64,000 nt of DNA from an uncultured delta proteobacterium (lineage in GTDB: Bacteria; Desulfobacterota; RBG-13-43-22). The stretch lies in the NCBI GenBank assembly GCA_963711835.1, contig CAVQFQ010000018.1, positions 17,682 to 81,681 on the forward strand, in the 5' to 3' direction. The position numbers and the translations under genes were made by a program. A model generated the notes under the pieces. That model had not been told where the DNA came from, did not search any database, and saw nothing but the letters and a program-made list of their open reading frames with translations. Shown here piece by piece: positions 29,784-39,357 of the stretch (its first letter is position 1; each line of letters begins with the position of its first letter).

Positions 29784-30549
29784 TTAGCCCTTCTCCTTCC
29801 AGAACTTCTTTGGCCAAGTCCAAATAGCTTTGGGCCCCTTTGGAATGGATGTCATAGAGGACAACCGGCATTCCATGGCTGGGACTTTCGCTAATCCGAA
29901 CATTTCTCGGAATTACGGTCTTAAATACCAGTTCTTTTAAATGGGTTCGGACCTCTTTCTCAACCTGGGAAGAGAGGTTGTTCCGAACATCAAACATCGT
30001 CAACAAAATGCCCTCGATATAAAGAGCAGGATTTAAATTTTTTTGAACCATCTGGATGGTACCTAATAACTTGCTCAACCCCTCTAAGGCATAGTATTCA
30101 CATTGGGTGGGAATAATTACCGATTGAGCGGCCGTCAGGGCATTAATGGTTAGTAAGCCGAGAGAAGGAGGACAATCCAAAAAGATATAATCAAAGTCCG
30201 GCCGTAAGGACATGATTTGTTGTCTCAACACTTTTTCCCGGTCAGGCAGGTTAACCAGTTCGATCTCGGCCCCGACCAGGTCCATGTCGGAAGGGATGAT
30301 CTTTAGGAGAGCAATAGCGGTTGGTAAGATAAGGGCGGATGGGTCCACCTGGTCGATAATGAGCTGATATAACGATTGATCTATTTCCTTTGGGTTGATT
30401 CCCAGCCCACTGGTGGCGTTCCCCTGGGGGTCGCAGTCAATAACCAGAACCTTTTTATCGGAAAGGGCCAGGGCCGCAGCCAAGTTAATGACCGTAGCGG
30501 TTTTCCCTACCCCTCCTTTTTGATTGACGAAGCTGATAATTTTGCCCAT
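29761..30549 (-). CDS. parA: Chromosome partitioning ATPase ParA/Soj
   Basis: NQKGGVGKT, DCDPQGNAT, DCPPSLGLLT, IPRNVRISESPSHG. Confidence 0.96.
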   Translation of the reverse strand: MGKIISFVNQKGGVGKTATVINLAAALALSDKKVLVIDCDPQGNATSGLGINPKEIDQSLYQLIIDQVDPSALILPTAIALLKIIPSDMDLVGAEIELVNLPDREKVLRQQIMSLRPDFDYIFLDCPPSLGLLTINALTAAQSVIIPTQCEYYALEGLSKLLGTIQMVQKNLNPALYIEGILLTMFDVRNNLSSQVEKEVRTHLKELVFKTVIPRNVRISESPSHGMPVVLYDIHSKGAQSYLDLAKEVLEGEGLNGRIQEH

Positions 30550-30574
30550 AGAAGAGTTTGACCCATTATTATTT

Positions 30575-30857
30575 GAGGTTATCCCAACGTTATTTTATTT
30601 TTTAGCCATCCGGTTCTATGGGGCTTCAGGGGTTTTTATTTCGCAGTTGTCCAAAAGGAATCCCTAGCTCCAAAACCGCCCCGGCCGCCGTGGCGGACTA
30701 AGTTGATTCGGAGCCGGGCAGACACCCAACCCAAGACGATAAATCGCTTTGGTTTTGGTCCGCTGCGGCAGACGGTCGGCGTTTTAGCGGACAATCCCTG
30801 ACATCAAGACCCTTGAAGCCCTTTGGTTTGAGAATCATGTAATGTTAGGACAATCTC
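30575..30857. mobile_element. Nested MITE, family A (inner 30621-30821), degenerate
   Basis: Inner gggcttcagggg..gttgtcc / ggacaatccctgacatcaagacccttgaagccc; outer gaggttatcccaacgtta / taatgttaggacaatctc; shares ggcggactaagttg and gagccgggca with the 25.2 kb copy. Confidence 0.7.
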
Positions 30858-30909
30858 TATAGTTTTGTGATACTATGACATAAAAATTTTTTTTTAAAAA
30901 GAGAAATAA

Positions 30910-30925
30910 TGTTCCACGTGGAACA
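30910..30925. promoter_or_regulatory. parS centromere site
   Basis: Perfect palindrome TGTTCCACGTGGAACA about 360 bp upstream of parA. Confidence 0.92.
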
Positions 30926-31000
30926 TCTGGGAAAGGGGTACTTTCCTTGATCCCCACCATCTTTATAAAGACCTTTTAATTCCAATAAGCTATAATTCAT

Positions 31001-31110
31001 TGGTATCGTTCAAAAGTTGTGGCATTATATTTCTGATACCGGAGGGAAGGGGACCGGTGGTCCCCAGTCAGGCCATAATGCGCCAATGCCAAAACTTTTG
31101 AACGATACTA
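31001..31110. mobile_element. 110-bp MITE with 26-bp TIRs
   Basis: tggtatcgttcaaaagttgtggcatt / aatgccaaaacttttgaacgatacta (2 mismatches); flanking direct repeat ATTCAT. Confidence 0.78.
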
Positions 31111-31123
31111 ATTCATCGGAAAG

Positions 31124-31750
31124 ATGAGCATCGAATATAAGAAAGGAAAAAGGATGGATCAGCCTATTAGAAATGTGGCTATTTTAATTTTTGATCAGGT
31201 GGAGGTGTTGGATTTTAGCGGCCCCTTTGAGGTCTTTTCGGTCACAGGAGTTAAGACCGATCCGAGGCCTTTTCATGTCTATACCGTGGCGGAGAAGAAA
31301 AAACCTATTCTGGCCCGGAATAACCTCAGCGTAAATCCGCATTACTCTTTTAGTGAAGCCCCTCTTCCCAAGATTCTGGTGATCCCGGGAGGCCTTGGTA
31401 CCCGTCGGGAAATACATAATCCCGCTATGATTGAATGGATCAAAGACCAGGCCCAAAAAGCCGAACTTACCCTTTCGGTTTGTACCGGAGCACTTCTGTT
31501 GGCTAAAGCCGGTCTGCTCGATGGCCTAAAAGCCACCACGCATCACGGCGCTGTAGGTCTTCTCCAGGAACTGGCGCCCAAGACCGTTATTGAGCCTCAA
31601 AAACGGTTTATCGACAATGGCGCTATCATTCTATCGGCCGGGATCTCCGCCGGGATTGATATGTCCTTGTATGTGGTTGCCCGGCTTTTGGGGAAGTCGC
31701 AGGCCCTGGAGACCGCCCAATATATGGAATATGACTGGCACCAGGACTAA
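31124..31750 (+). CDS. DJ-1/PfpI family protein (InhA-like)
   Basis: VEVLDFSGPFEVF, IPGGLG, SVCTGA, ATTH, SAGISAGID. Confidence 0.9.
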   Translation: MSIEYKKGKRMDQPIRNVAILIFDQVEVLDFSGPFEVFSVTGVKTDPRPFHVYTVAEKKKPILARNNLSVNPHYSFSEAPLPKILVIPGGLGTRREIHNPAMIEWIKDQAQKAELTLSVCTGALLLAKAGLLDGLKATTHHGAVGLLQELAPKTVIEPQKRFIDNGAIILSAGISAGIDMSLYVVARLLGKSQALETAQYMEYDWHQD

Positions 31751-31774
31751 TCAGTTAATAACGTTCAAAAGTTG

Positions 31775-31947
31775 GAGGTTGTCCAAAAGGTAATCCGTAG
31801 CCCCAACCCGACCCATCCGCCGCGGCGGACTGCCGGCGTTTTGGCGGACAATCCTTGAAATCAAGACCCCTGAAGCCCTTTGGGGTGATTTAATATTTTA
31901 AGAGGCTACCCCTTGAGTTTGAGAATCACGTAACTTTGGGACTATCC
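31775..31947. mobile_element. Shortened family A composite MITE with a 9-bp duplication
   Basis: gttgtccaaaaggtaatccgtagcccc...gccggcgttttggcggacaatccttgaaatcaagacccctgaagccc...aatcacgtaactttgggac; flanked by CAAAAGTTG on both sides. Confidence 0.72.
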
Positions 31948-32200
31948 CAAAAGTTGAGGCAATAATCCGGCCATTGAAATCCGAACCCACGAGTCCACAT
32001 CAGGTTCATTAGGATGTCCCTTTGCCGGGAGGAAACGGCCTCGGTCCCCTCGGATCTTCCCGCCAAGAAATCCCCCCATATTAATACATAATTGTAATTA
32101 ACAAAATTACCATATTACAGTTTTGTATAATACTAAATACCATTTTTGCAGTTTTATTTAATTAACATATTGTAATTACATATAATTTATTCATTTCCCC

Positions 32201-32217
32201 TTGGCAGGCCTTTTGCA
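32201..32217 (+). promoter_or_regulatory. Sigma54 (-24/-12) promoter of amtB
   Basis: TTGGCAGGCCTTTTGCA: GG-N10-GC with TGGCA and TTGCA, just upstream of the amtB start. Confidence 0.8.
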
Positions 32218-32254
32218 AAAATATTATTAATTACCGTCTTTGGGGGGGAACCTT

Positions 32255-33586
32255 ATGAAAAGCAAATTGGGCCGGGGTTGGTTCTGGGGCGTTTTGTTTT
32301 TTCTATCAACTAATAGTGTCTTTGCAGCCGGAGAAAGTCAAATCGACAGCGGTTCCACGGCCTGGATGTTGATGTCAACCGCTTTGGTATTACTCATGAT
32401 TCCAGGATTGGCGATGTTTTATGGAGGGCTGGTGCGAACCAAAAATGTCCTGGGAACCATGATGCACAGCTTTGTTTCCATGGCCATTATCGGCGTCCTC
32501 TGGGCGGTCTGCGGTTATGCCCTCTGCTTCGGGAAAAACATCCTGGGGGGCTGGATCGGTTGGAATGGCGATTACTTCTTTTTAAAGGGAATCGATGATT
32601 CTATCCATAGTTCCGGGGTCCCGGAGTATGTGGTGGCCATGTTTCAGGGAAAATTCGCCATTATTACGCCGGCCTTGATAGCCGGCGCTTTTGCCGAACG
32701 CATTCGTTTCCGGAGTTATTGCGTTTTTATTACTCTGTGGTTTTTATTGGTTTATTGCCCCCTGTGTCATTGGGTCTGGTCTGGGGACGGTTTTCTCTAC
32801 AACCTGGGGGCTCGCGGGGTTATCGATCTGGCCGGAGGAACGGTGATCCATGTCTCAGCCGGAATAAGCGCCTTGGTGGCTGTCCTTTATCTGGGGGCCA
32901 GACATGGCTATCCGAAGGTGGTGACCTCTCCCAACAACTTAGTCATTACCATGATCGGAGCCGGGTTATTGTGGGTCGGCTGGTTTGGGTTCAATGCCGG
33001 AAGTACTGTCTCCAGCGGGCTGGATACGGCCAGGGCCCTGACCATGACCCAGATTTCAGCCGCCTCAGGGGCACTAGCCTGGATGTTGATAGAGTCCATC
33101 CACCTGCATAAGGCCACCTCCCTGGGGTTTGTTACCGGCATTCTGGCTGGTCTGGTAGTCATTACACCCGCCGCCGGGGTGGTCCAGCCTATCGGTGCCA
33201 TTATCCTGGGCGGGATTTCCTCTCTGGTCTGTTATTCCGCCATCTTGCTCAAATACAAACTCGGTTACGATGACACCTTGGATGTCTTTGGTGTTCATGG
33301 GGTAGGCAGCGGCTTCGGGGTCCTGCTTCTTTCCTTCTTTATCCGCCCGAGCTGGATGGCCGAGGCCGCGCTCAAGGCCGGTGGTTCATGGACTATCTGG
33401 AATCAATTAGGCGTCCAGGCTTTCGGACTGGCGGTAACGATTGGTTATGCTGCCACAGTCACGATGGTGTTGGTCTGGATTATTACTAAAACTCTCGGGT
33501 TCCGGATTGATCCCCAGGAAGAGATGGTCGGGTTGGATCAAAGCCTTCATGGGGAGCACGGCTATGGACTCCTGGATGTCCGCTAA
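32255..33586 (+). CDS. amtB: Ammonium transporter
   Basis: TAWMLMSTALVLLMIPGLAMFYGG, GAFAER, DLAGGTVIH, LLWVGWFGFNAGS, DDTLDVFGVHG. Confidence 0.97.
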   Translation: MKSKLGRGWFWGVLFFLSTNSVFAAGESQIDSGSTAWMLMSTALVLLMIPGLAMFYGGLVRTKNVLGTMMHSFVSMAIIGVLWAVCGYALCFGKNILGGWIGWNGDYFFLKGIDDSIHSSGVPEYVVAMFQGKFAIITPALIAGAFAERIRFRSYCVFITLWFLLVYCPLCHWVWSGDGFLYNLGARGVIDLAGGTVIHVSAGISALVAVLYLGARHGYPKVVTSPNNLVITMIGAGLLWVGWFGFNAGSTVSSGLDTARALTMTQISAASGALAWMLIESIHLHKATSLGFVTGILAGLVVITPAAGVVQPIGAIILGGISSLVCYSAILLKYKLGYDDTLDVFGVHGVGSGFGVLLLSFFIRPSWMAEAALKAGGSWTIWNQLGVQAFGLAVTIGYAATVTMVLVWIITKTLGFRIDPQEEMVGLDQSLHGEHGYGLLDVR

Positions 33587-34153
33587 ATGGGTTTTTCGAC
33601 GGAATCATCAAAAATAGAAAAGGAGCCTCCCTAACTTCCCGGGCCATTAACCCTGACTTAAATCAGCGCCTTGATTAAAGAGGGCCTGAACAATAATAGG
33701 ATTTATCCCCACCAGCTTTTTAACTAATTGAAACCATGTGTTTATTTAAGTGAATACGGTTTTTTTGGCTTTTTCAGTGCTTCCCGGCGGGGAAAAGCGT
33801 AATTCTCCATTACGATCCTTTTAAACCGCCAAAATAAGAACTACTTCCCTCCAACCCCTGAGATCTTCCCCTTTTTCAAGTCTGTTTCATGAAAAATTAT
33901 ATCTTAATATTTTTCTTGACAAATTCTTATTTAAACCGTTTAATTTAAACCAAATTTGATGGATACCTTTTTATAAAAATAAATATAAACAGAAAGTTTC
34001 AATTAAAAGAATTAGTTTCACTTTAGAGTAAAGGGTTAACCTCTTAATAGCCCAAGAAGGGAATTGATTAGTTGTTTCTTTAGGTAAACATGGTTCGGTT
34101 GATTATCAAGGGATGTACCAGAGAGTATTTAACGTCGGCCTACAAAAAAACAG

Positions 34154-36262
34154 ATGGCTACCCCTTCTCACATCTATAACTTTAGGAATGAGGGTCAACT
34201 CGAGGAGGCCGATCTTCGGCACTATAATTTATATAATCTTATTGAGTTGTTAGGGTCGGAAGATCTTGAAAAGCGATTTAACAATGTAAAAAAAATTAAT
34301 CGCAAAAGACTGATCGATCAAATCAATTATCTCAATTTTGCAGATGGTAATTTGATCATTGTCTTTAAGCATTCCAGGTACGAGGAACTCTTAACCATCC
34401 CGGCCATACCCGATCCTTGCCAAACCGAAGTTCTTTCCTGCCGGATAGAAAAGACCGGCTATGCTTTCCAGCACCTAAAAGAATCCAGGTTTCTTTGTTT
34501 CTACATTGAAGATGGGAGAAAAGTCCTTTTAGCCCGATCCGAAGAAATTGAACTGATTGATAACGGCCTCTGTATTAAGGTTCCTGAATTTTGTTATGAA
34601 ATAAGCTCCCGGAAAACAAGACGCTATGCCTGCCCTGAGATTCAAGCCCAGGTGATCCAAAACGGTATCATCTTTTCCGGGCATCTATCCGTTTTCAGTA
34701 TCGGCTCTTTTCAGGTTGAAATTTTCTCCGATGAGAACAGCTCCCTCAAATGGGTCAATGCCGAATATCCGGTTCAGGTTATTCTCAAAAAACAGAACCA
34801 GATCCTCTACACCGGCGAATGCACTATAATCAAACACAGCCGAAGCCGCGATGCCAAGAGCCTGATTTTACTCCCCAGCCTTTCTCCCATTAAACGATTT
34901 AAAAAGAGGGAATTCCGGGCTCCGAGGCAGAAACTGCATCCCTCTCCGAGCATCTCTTTCCTCCATCCTTTAATCGGGAAATTAATTCACTTGACCGTTT
35001 GCGACTTATCCACGTCGGGTTTTTCCATTGAGGAGGAAGGGGAATCGTCCAACCTGTTGCCCGGCATGATCATCCCGGAAATAAAAATAGACCTGGCTAC
35101 GGCCACGAACCTGGCCTGCCGCGCCCAGGTCGTCTTCAGGAATCCTTTGGATCAAAATATCATTAAGTGCGGGCTCACCATATTAAGTATGTCTACCGAA
35201 GACTATATCAGGTTATCCAATATGGTGACCAAAACCTTCAATAACAACCTGGATGTTTGCGGCCTTATCGATTTGGAAAATCTATGGAATTTTTTCTTTG
35301 AAACCGGCTTTATCTATCCTAAAAAGTACCACTACATTCAATCCAACAAAGAAGCGTTTAAAAAATTATACGAAAAAATCTACACCGGCACCGCCGGAAT
35401 CGAACGGCATTTCACCTACCAGGAGCGCGGGGCCATCCTGGGCCATATTTCCATGTTGCATATCTACGATACCACCTGGATGCTGCACCATTATGCCACC
35501 ACCCCGAACTCGAGGCATAAGAGGGTGGGCTTGACGTTGTTACAGCAAATTGAACGCTTTATTATCGATTCGCATTATATCGATTCGACTAAGATGGATT
35601 ATATGATCTGTTTTTTCCGTCCGGACAATAAATTCCCCAATCTGGTTTTCGGGGGAGCGGCTCGGACCTTGCGGGATCCCCAAATTTGTTCCCTCGACAG
35701 CTTTGCCTATTTTAATTATCCCCAGGCCTTAAACACCAAGCGGCAGGTTCTACCCCAACCCTGGGCGATGACCCGAACCGATCGGGAAGATCTGGAAGAG
35801 CTGCGAAACTTTTATGATCATACCTCGGGGGGGCTGATGCTCCAGGCCCTTAATGTACAACCCGGTTTGGAAGAGGACGGTTCCCTCAGCCAGGCTTATC
35901 ATAAAGTCGGCTTGAAGAGAGAACGCCACCTGTTATCCATCAAGAAGGATGGAGAAGTAAAAGCGATTATCAATTTGCTTATGACCGAAAAAGGACTCAA
36001 TCTCTCCGAACTGGCCAATTGTGTTTCCCTGATCGTCCTGGATCCCGAAGACTTCCCCTTCGAAATCTTTCTCAAGGCCTTGTCTAACTTGAGCCTGTTT
36101 GATGAACGGGAAATCCTCCCGGTCCTAATCTACCCGGTTCACTACGCCCAGAAATATTCCCTGGCTTATGAAAGAATCTATAATTTATGGGCCTTTAAGG
36201 TGGATAACAGCGATTTTTACTTCAAGTATATTAACAAGATCTTCTCCCGCATTGTTTCCTAA
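34154..36262 (+). CDS. Tandem PilZ-like domain protein with uncharacterised (GNAT-like?) C-terminal region
   Basis: SRKTRRY (RxxxR) and VCDLSTSGFSI (DxSxxG); C-terminal ~330 aa not confidently assigned. Confidence 0.7.
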   Translation: MATPSHIYNFRNEGQLEEADLRHYNLYNLIELLGSEDLEKRFNNVKKINRKRLIDQINYLNFADGNLIIVFKHSRYEELLTIPAIPDPCQTEVLSCRIEKTGYAFQHLKESRFLCFYIEDGRKVLLARSEEIELIDNGLCIKVPEFCYEISSRKTRRYACPEIQAQVIQNGIIFSGHLSVFSIGSFQVEIFSDENSSLKWVNAEYPVQVILKKQNQILYTGECTIIKHSRSRDAKSLILLPSLSPIKRFKKREFRAPRQKLHPSPSISFLHPLIGKLIHLTVCDLSTSGFSIEEEGESSNLLPGMIIPEIKIDLATATNLACRAQVVFRNPLDQNIIKCGLTILSMSTEDYIRLSNMVTKTFNNNLDVCGLIDLENLWNFFFETGFIYPKKYHYIQSNKEAFKKLYEKIYTGTAGIERHFTYQERGAILGHISMLHIYDTTWMLHHYATTPNSRHKRVGLTLLQQIERFIIDSHYIDSTKMDYMICFFRPDNKFPNLVFGGAARTLRDPQICSLDSFAYFNYPQALNTKRQVLPQPWAMTRTDREDLEELRNFYDHTSGGLMLQALNVQPGLEEDGSLSQAYHKVGLKRERHLLSIKKDGEVKAIINLLMTEKGLNLSELANCVSLIVLDPEDFPFEIFLKALSNLSLFDEREILPVLIYPVHYAQKYSLAYERIYNLWAFKVDNSDFYFKYINKIFSRIVS

Positions 36263-36498
36263 GGGAAAAATTTCACCCTCGACATCTATTTCCTTCTCTC
36301 GTATAATACGGCTAAAAGTGACCGAATGGTTATGAATTTGGATCCAAAAAGGGTTCGAGTTTTTTTTATTGACCCAACATGGATTGGATTCTTTGATCTA
36401 AAAGCGTTCAATGGATAATACCCCCAATTAAAATATTGCCCGGGAAGTAGGGAAGTTTGCGGCCTAATCCTGAAAACCGAAGCGGGAGCTTAAGGGTT

Positions 36499-38403
36499 AT
36501 GAACGATAGGCCCCTCTACAGCAGTCGAATTTTAAATACCTATATCAACTTCGTTAAGAGGAATTACCCCGCCATTGATGTCAATGAAGTGTTAAGCTAT
36601 GCCGGTGTGGAATCATATCAGGTAGTTGATGAAGGCCACTGGTTCACCCAGGAGCAGCAAGACCGCTTTCACGAAAAATTGGTGGAGTTAACAGGGAATG
36701 AGAAGATCGCCCGCGAAGTTGGAAGATATTCGGCGTCCCCAGATGCCGTCGGTTTATTAAAGCAATATGCCATTGGATTATTAGGTCCTGCCCATGTCTT
36801 TCAAATGGTAGGTAATATCTACCCGAAGTTTAGTAGATCCTCAACAATAAAGTTTAAAAAGATTTCCTCCAATGTTGTTGAAATCACAGCAACTCCCCGA
36901 GAAGATTCTTCTGAAAAACCATATCAATGTGAAAATCGGTTGGGCATGTTTGAATTAACCATAGAAATGTTCAATTACAAGGCGGCGAGAGTTGAACATT
37001 CGGAGTGTATCTTTGAGGGGGCCAAAGCATGTAAATATTTAATTTCATGGCAAAAACCACGCTCTTTATATTGGAAACGGATTCGAAATATTGTCGGTCT
37101 GTTAGTATTGGGGCTCAGTGGTTTTCTGATTTGGTTGTTTCCTTGGGATACGATTACCATACTTTTGGCGATTTCCGTGTTTTTGGTACTAAGTTATTTT
37201 GTCAAAAACTTGGAAGAGCGAGAATTACAAATTACCCTTAACAATCTCCGAGATATGACGGAGCATCAGATTGATCAGATTGATATTAATTATAAAAATG
37301 CTTTAATGATCAATGAAATTGGGCAGGCCATCAGTAAAAAATTAGATATTAATGCCATATTATTAAATATCATGCATACCCTGGAACAGAGACTGGATTA
37401 CGATCGGGGGATGATCCTGCTGGCCAATGAGGATAAGACCCTGTTGCATTATGCTGCGGGTTTTGGCCTGGACGATGAAAAATTGAAAATTTTAAAGGAG
37501 ACCTTTTTCCATCTGGATCGGCCGGAATCCAAGGGGGTTTTCGTCCTGTCTTTTCGCGAGCAAAGACCTATCCTGGTCAATGATATGGACAATCTTGAAA
37601 AAACCATCTCCTCCAAAAGCTTAGACATATTAAGGGGTATGGGAAGCCAATCTTTTATTTGTTGTCCCATCATCTATGAAACCGAATCAATGGGTGTTCT
37701 GGTAGTAGATAATATTCGGAAAAAAAGAGGATTGACTCAGACGGATATCAGCTTGTTAACCGGGATCGCCCCCCAAATAGGGATCAGTATTCATAACGCC
37801 CGAATGGTCAATAATCAGAAAAAACAGTTTAATTCGATTTTGCGAGTTTTGGCGGCCTCCATCGACGCCAGAGACCCGCTAACTGCCGGGCATTCCGAAA
37901 AGGTCACCGAGTATGCCGTGGGGATTGCCCGCATCTTAGAGTTGGACGGCGAGTTCTGTGAAATGATCGGAATCGCCGGGTTACTGCACGATTACGGAAA
38001 AATCGGGGTCCGGGATGATGTATTAAAAAAGCCGGGTAAATTAACCGATGAAGAGTATACGGAGATTCGTTCCCACGTGGAACAAACCCGACGGATATTG
38101 GAACAAATGGAATTTGAGGGGATCTTCAATCAAATTCCTTCTATTGCTGGTTTTCATCATGAAAAGGTTGACGGCAGCGGTTATCCAATGGGTTTAAAAG
38201 GAGAGGAAATTCCCTTGGGAGCCCGGATCATTGCCGTGGCCGACGTTTTTGAGGCCTTAACCGCCGAGAGACATTATCGTCAGCCCATGAAAAACGAAGA
38301 TGCTTTGGAGATCATTCAAAAAGGATCGGGCAATGCCTTTGATCCCCAGGTGGTGGAGGCCTTTGATCGTTATTATCATAACCATATTGGAAACTCCGGT
38401 TAA
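36499..38403 (+). CDS. HD-GYP phosphodiesterase with N-terminal V4R/H-NOX-like domain, 2 TM helices and GAF
   Basis: CENRLG..EHSECIFEGAKACKY (V4R-like Cys pattern), hydrophobic hairpin, GAF (FICCPI..MGVLVVD), TAGHS, HDYGKIG, HHEKVDGSGYP. Confidence 0.88.
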   Translation: MNDRPLYSSRILNTYINFVKRNYPAIDVNEVLSYAGVESYQVVDEGHWFTQEQQDRFHEKLVELTGNEKIAREVGRYSASPDAVGLLKQYAIGLLGPAHVFQMVGNIYPKFSRSSTIKFKKISSNVVEITATPREDSSEKPYQCENRLGMFELTIEMFNYKAARVEHSECIFEGAKACKYLISWQKPRSLYWKRIRNIVGLLVLGLSGFLIWLFPWDTITILLAISVFLVLSYFVKNLEERELQITLNNLRDMTEHQIDQIDINYKNALMINEIGQAISKKLDINAILLNIMHTLEQRLDYDRGMILLANEDKTLLHYAAGFGLDDEKLKILKETFFHLDRPESKGVFVLSFREQRPILVNDMDNLEKTISSKSLDILRGMGSQSFICCPIIYETESMGVLVVDNIRKKRGLTQTDISLLTGIAPQIGISIHNARMVNNQKKQFNSILRVLAASIDARDPLTAGHSEKVTEYAVGIARILELDGEFCEMIGIAGLLHDYGKIGVRDDVLKKPGKLTDEEYTEIRSHVEQTRRILEQMEFEGIFNQIPSIAGFHHEKVDGSGYPMGLKGEEIPLGARIIAVADVFEALTAERHYRQPMKNEDALEIIQKGSGNAFDPQVVEAFDRYYHNHIGNSG

Positions 38404-39212
38404 GAGGATAACGGCTTGCGGCCGCAGCAGGCAATTAGAGGTGTATAGGTAAATCGGCGGGGATGATGAAAAAAAGAGGTACACTCCTGAACGAAGGCCT
38501 CATAGGAGCCGTTGTACTCAGTAAATGGATAACCGATCTTGGGGGGAACCACTTCAATTTTTTTCATCCAGTTAAAGGCATCGGTGTCGTTGAGGGATCC
38601 ATAGATAACATGATGGGCCGAAATATCGACCTTTATTTCCTCGTAGCCTAAATCATAAAAATAGGAATAGAGTTTTCTTCCGGCATAGGGATCAAAATTT
38701 GCTTTTTTCTGTAAAATCTCCGTGATGGCGAAGATGGTCTTTTCCAGACGACCGGGTATCCCATAATGGCTAAGACAGTTGTAATCCAAATCCATCAGGC
38801 ATAAGATACCCCCCGGTTTTAAGATTTTGGTAATATTTTCTACCAATTGGGAGCCACCAACCAGATAGTACTCTAACAGAAACCGCACCCATAAAAAATC
38901 AAATCTGCCCAGGTCTTGTAACTCCTCTCTTGCATCCCTGCAAATAAAATGCAACCCAGGTTCAACATAATGGTTTTTGGCGTAGTCGTATCTATTTCGT
39001 GAAAAATCTATTCCAACCGCCTCCCCTCCCGGCTTGACCAATTCATAAAGGATAGAAGTTGTCTTTCCGGGACCACATCCTATATCAGCAACCCGCATTC
39101 CGGATCTTATCCCAGCCCAGAGGGCTTGGCGCTTAATCGTCTCCGGATCGGTTTTAAGGTCTAATCGGATTGATTCCTCTTCATTTTCCATGAGATAGGG
39201 TAAGGTTTCCAT
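38400..39212 (-). CDS. Class I SAM-dependent methyltransferase
   Basis: RVADIGCGPGK, GIDFS, FDFLWVRFLLEY, LKPGG. Confidence 0.9.
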   Translation of the reverse strand: METLPYLMENEEESIRLDLKTDPETIKRQALWAGIRSGMRVADIGCGPGKTTSILYELVKPGGEAVGIDFSRNRYDYAKNHYVEPGLHFICRDAREELQDLGRFDFLWVRFLLEYYLVGGSQLVENITKILKPGGILCLMDLDYNCLSHYGIPGRLEKTIFAITEILQKKANFDPYAGRKLYSYFYDLGYEEIKVDISAHHVIYGSLNDTDAFNWMKKIEVVPPKIGYPFTEYNGSYEAFVQECTSFFHHPRRFTYTPLIACCGRKPLSS

Positions 39213-39357
39213 GGGGGCTCACTTTTTAATTTATAGTGCTATTATGCTTGAAAAGTATTATAGAATTTGAGAAGTAATTACCAGAAGAATCTGAATAGGT
39301 AAAAAAATATCCAACTTTTTATTAAAAAATATACCCACCTCCAGAAGGCGGATTTTT

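Noticed and set aside
33620-33700. Possible structured RNA or riboswitch between amtB and the PilZ gene
   Set aside because: I could not match c-di-GMP-I/II, glutamine, fluoride or 6S consensus by eye; an Infernal scan is needed.
36340-36370. tRNA-like GGTTCGAG motif
   Set aside because: No acceptor stem or cloverleaf can be formed around it.
38069-38084. parS-like GTTCCCACGTGGAACA inside the HD-GYP gene
   Set aside because: The left arm has three mismatches to the palindrome, and the sequence is explained by the coding RSHVEQ.
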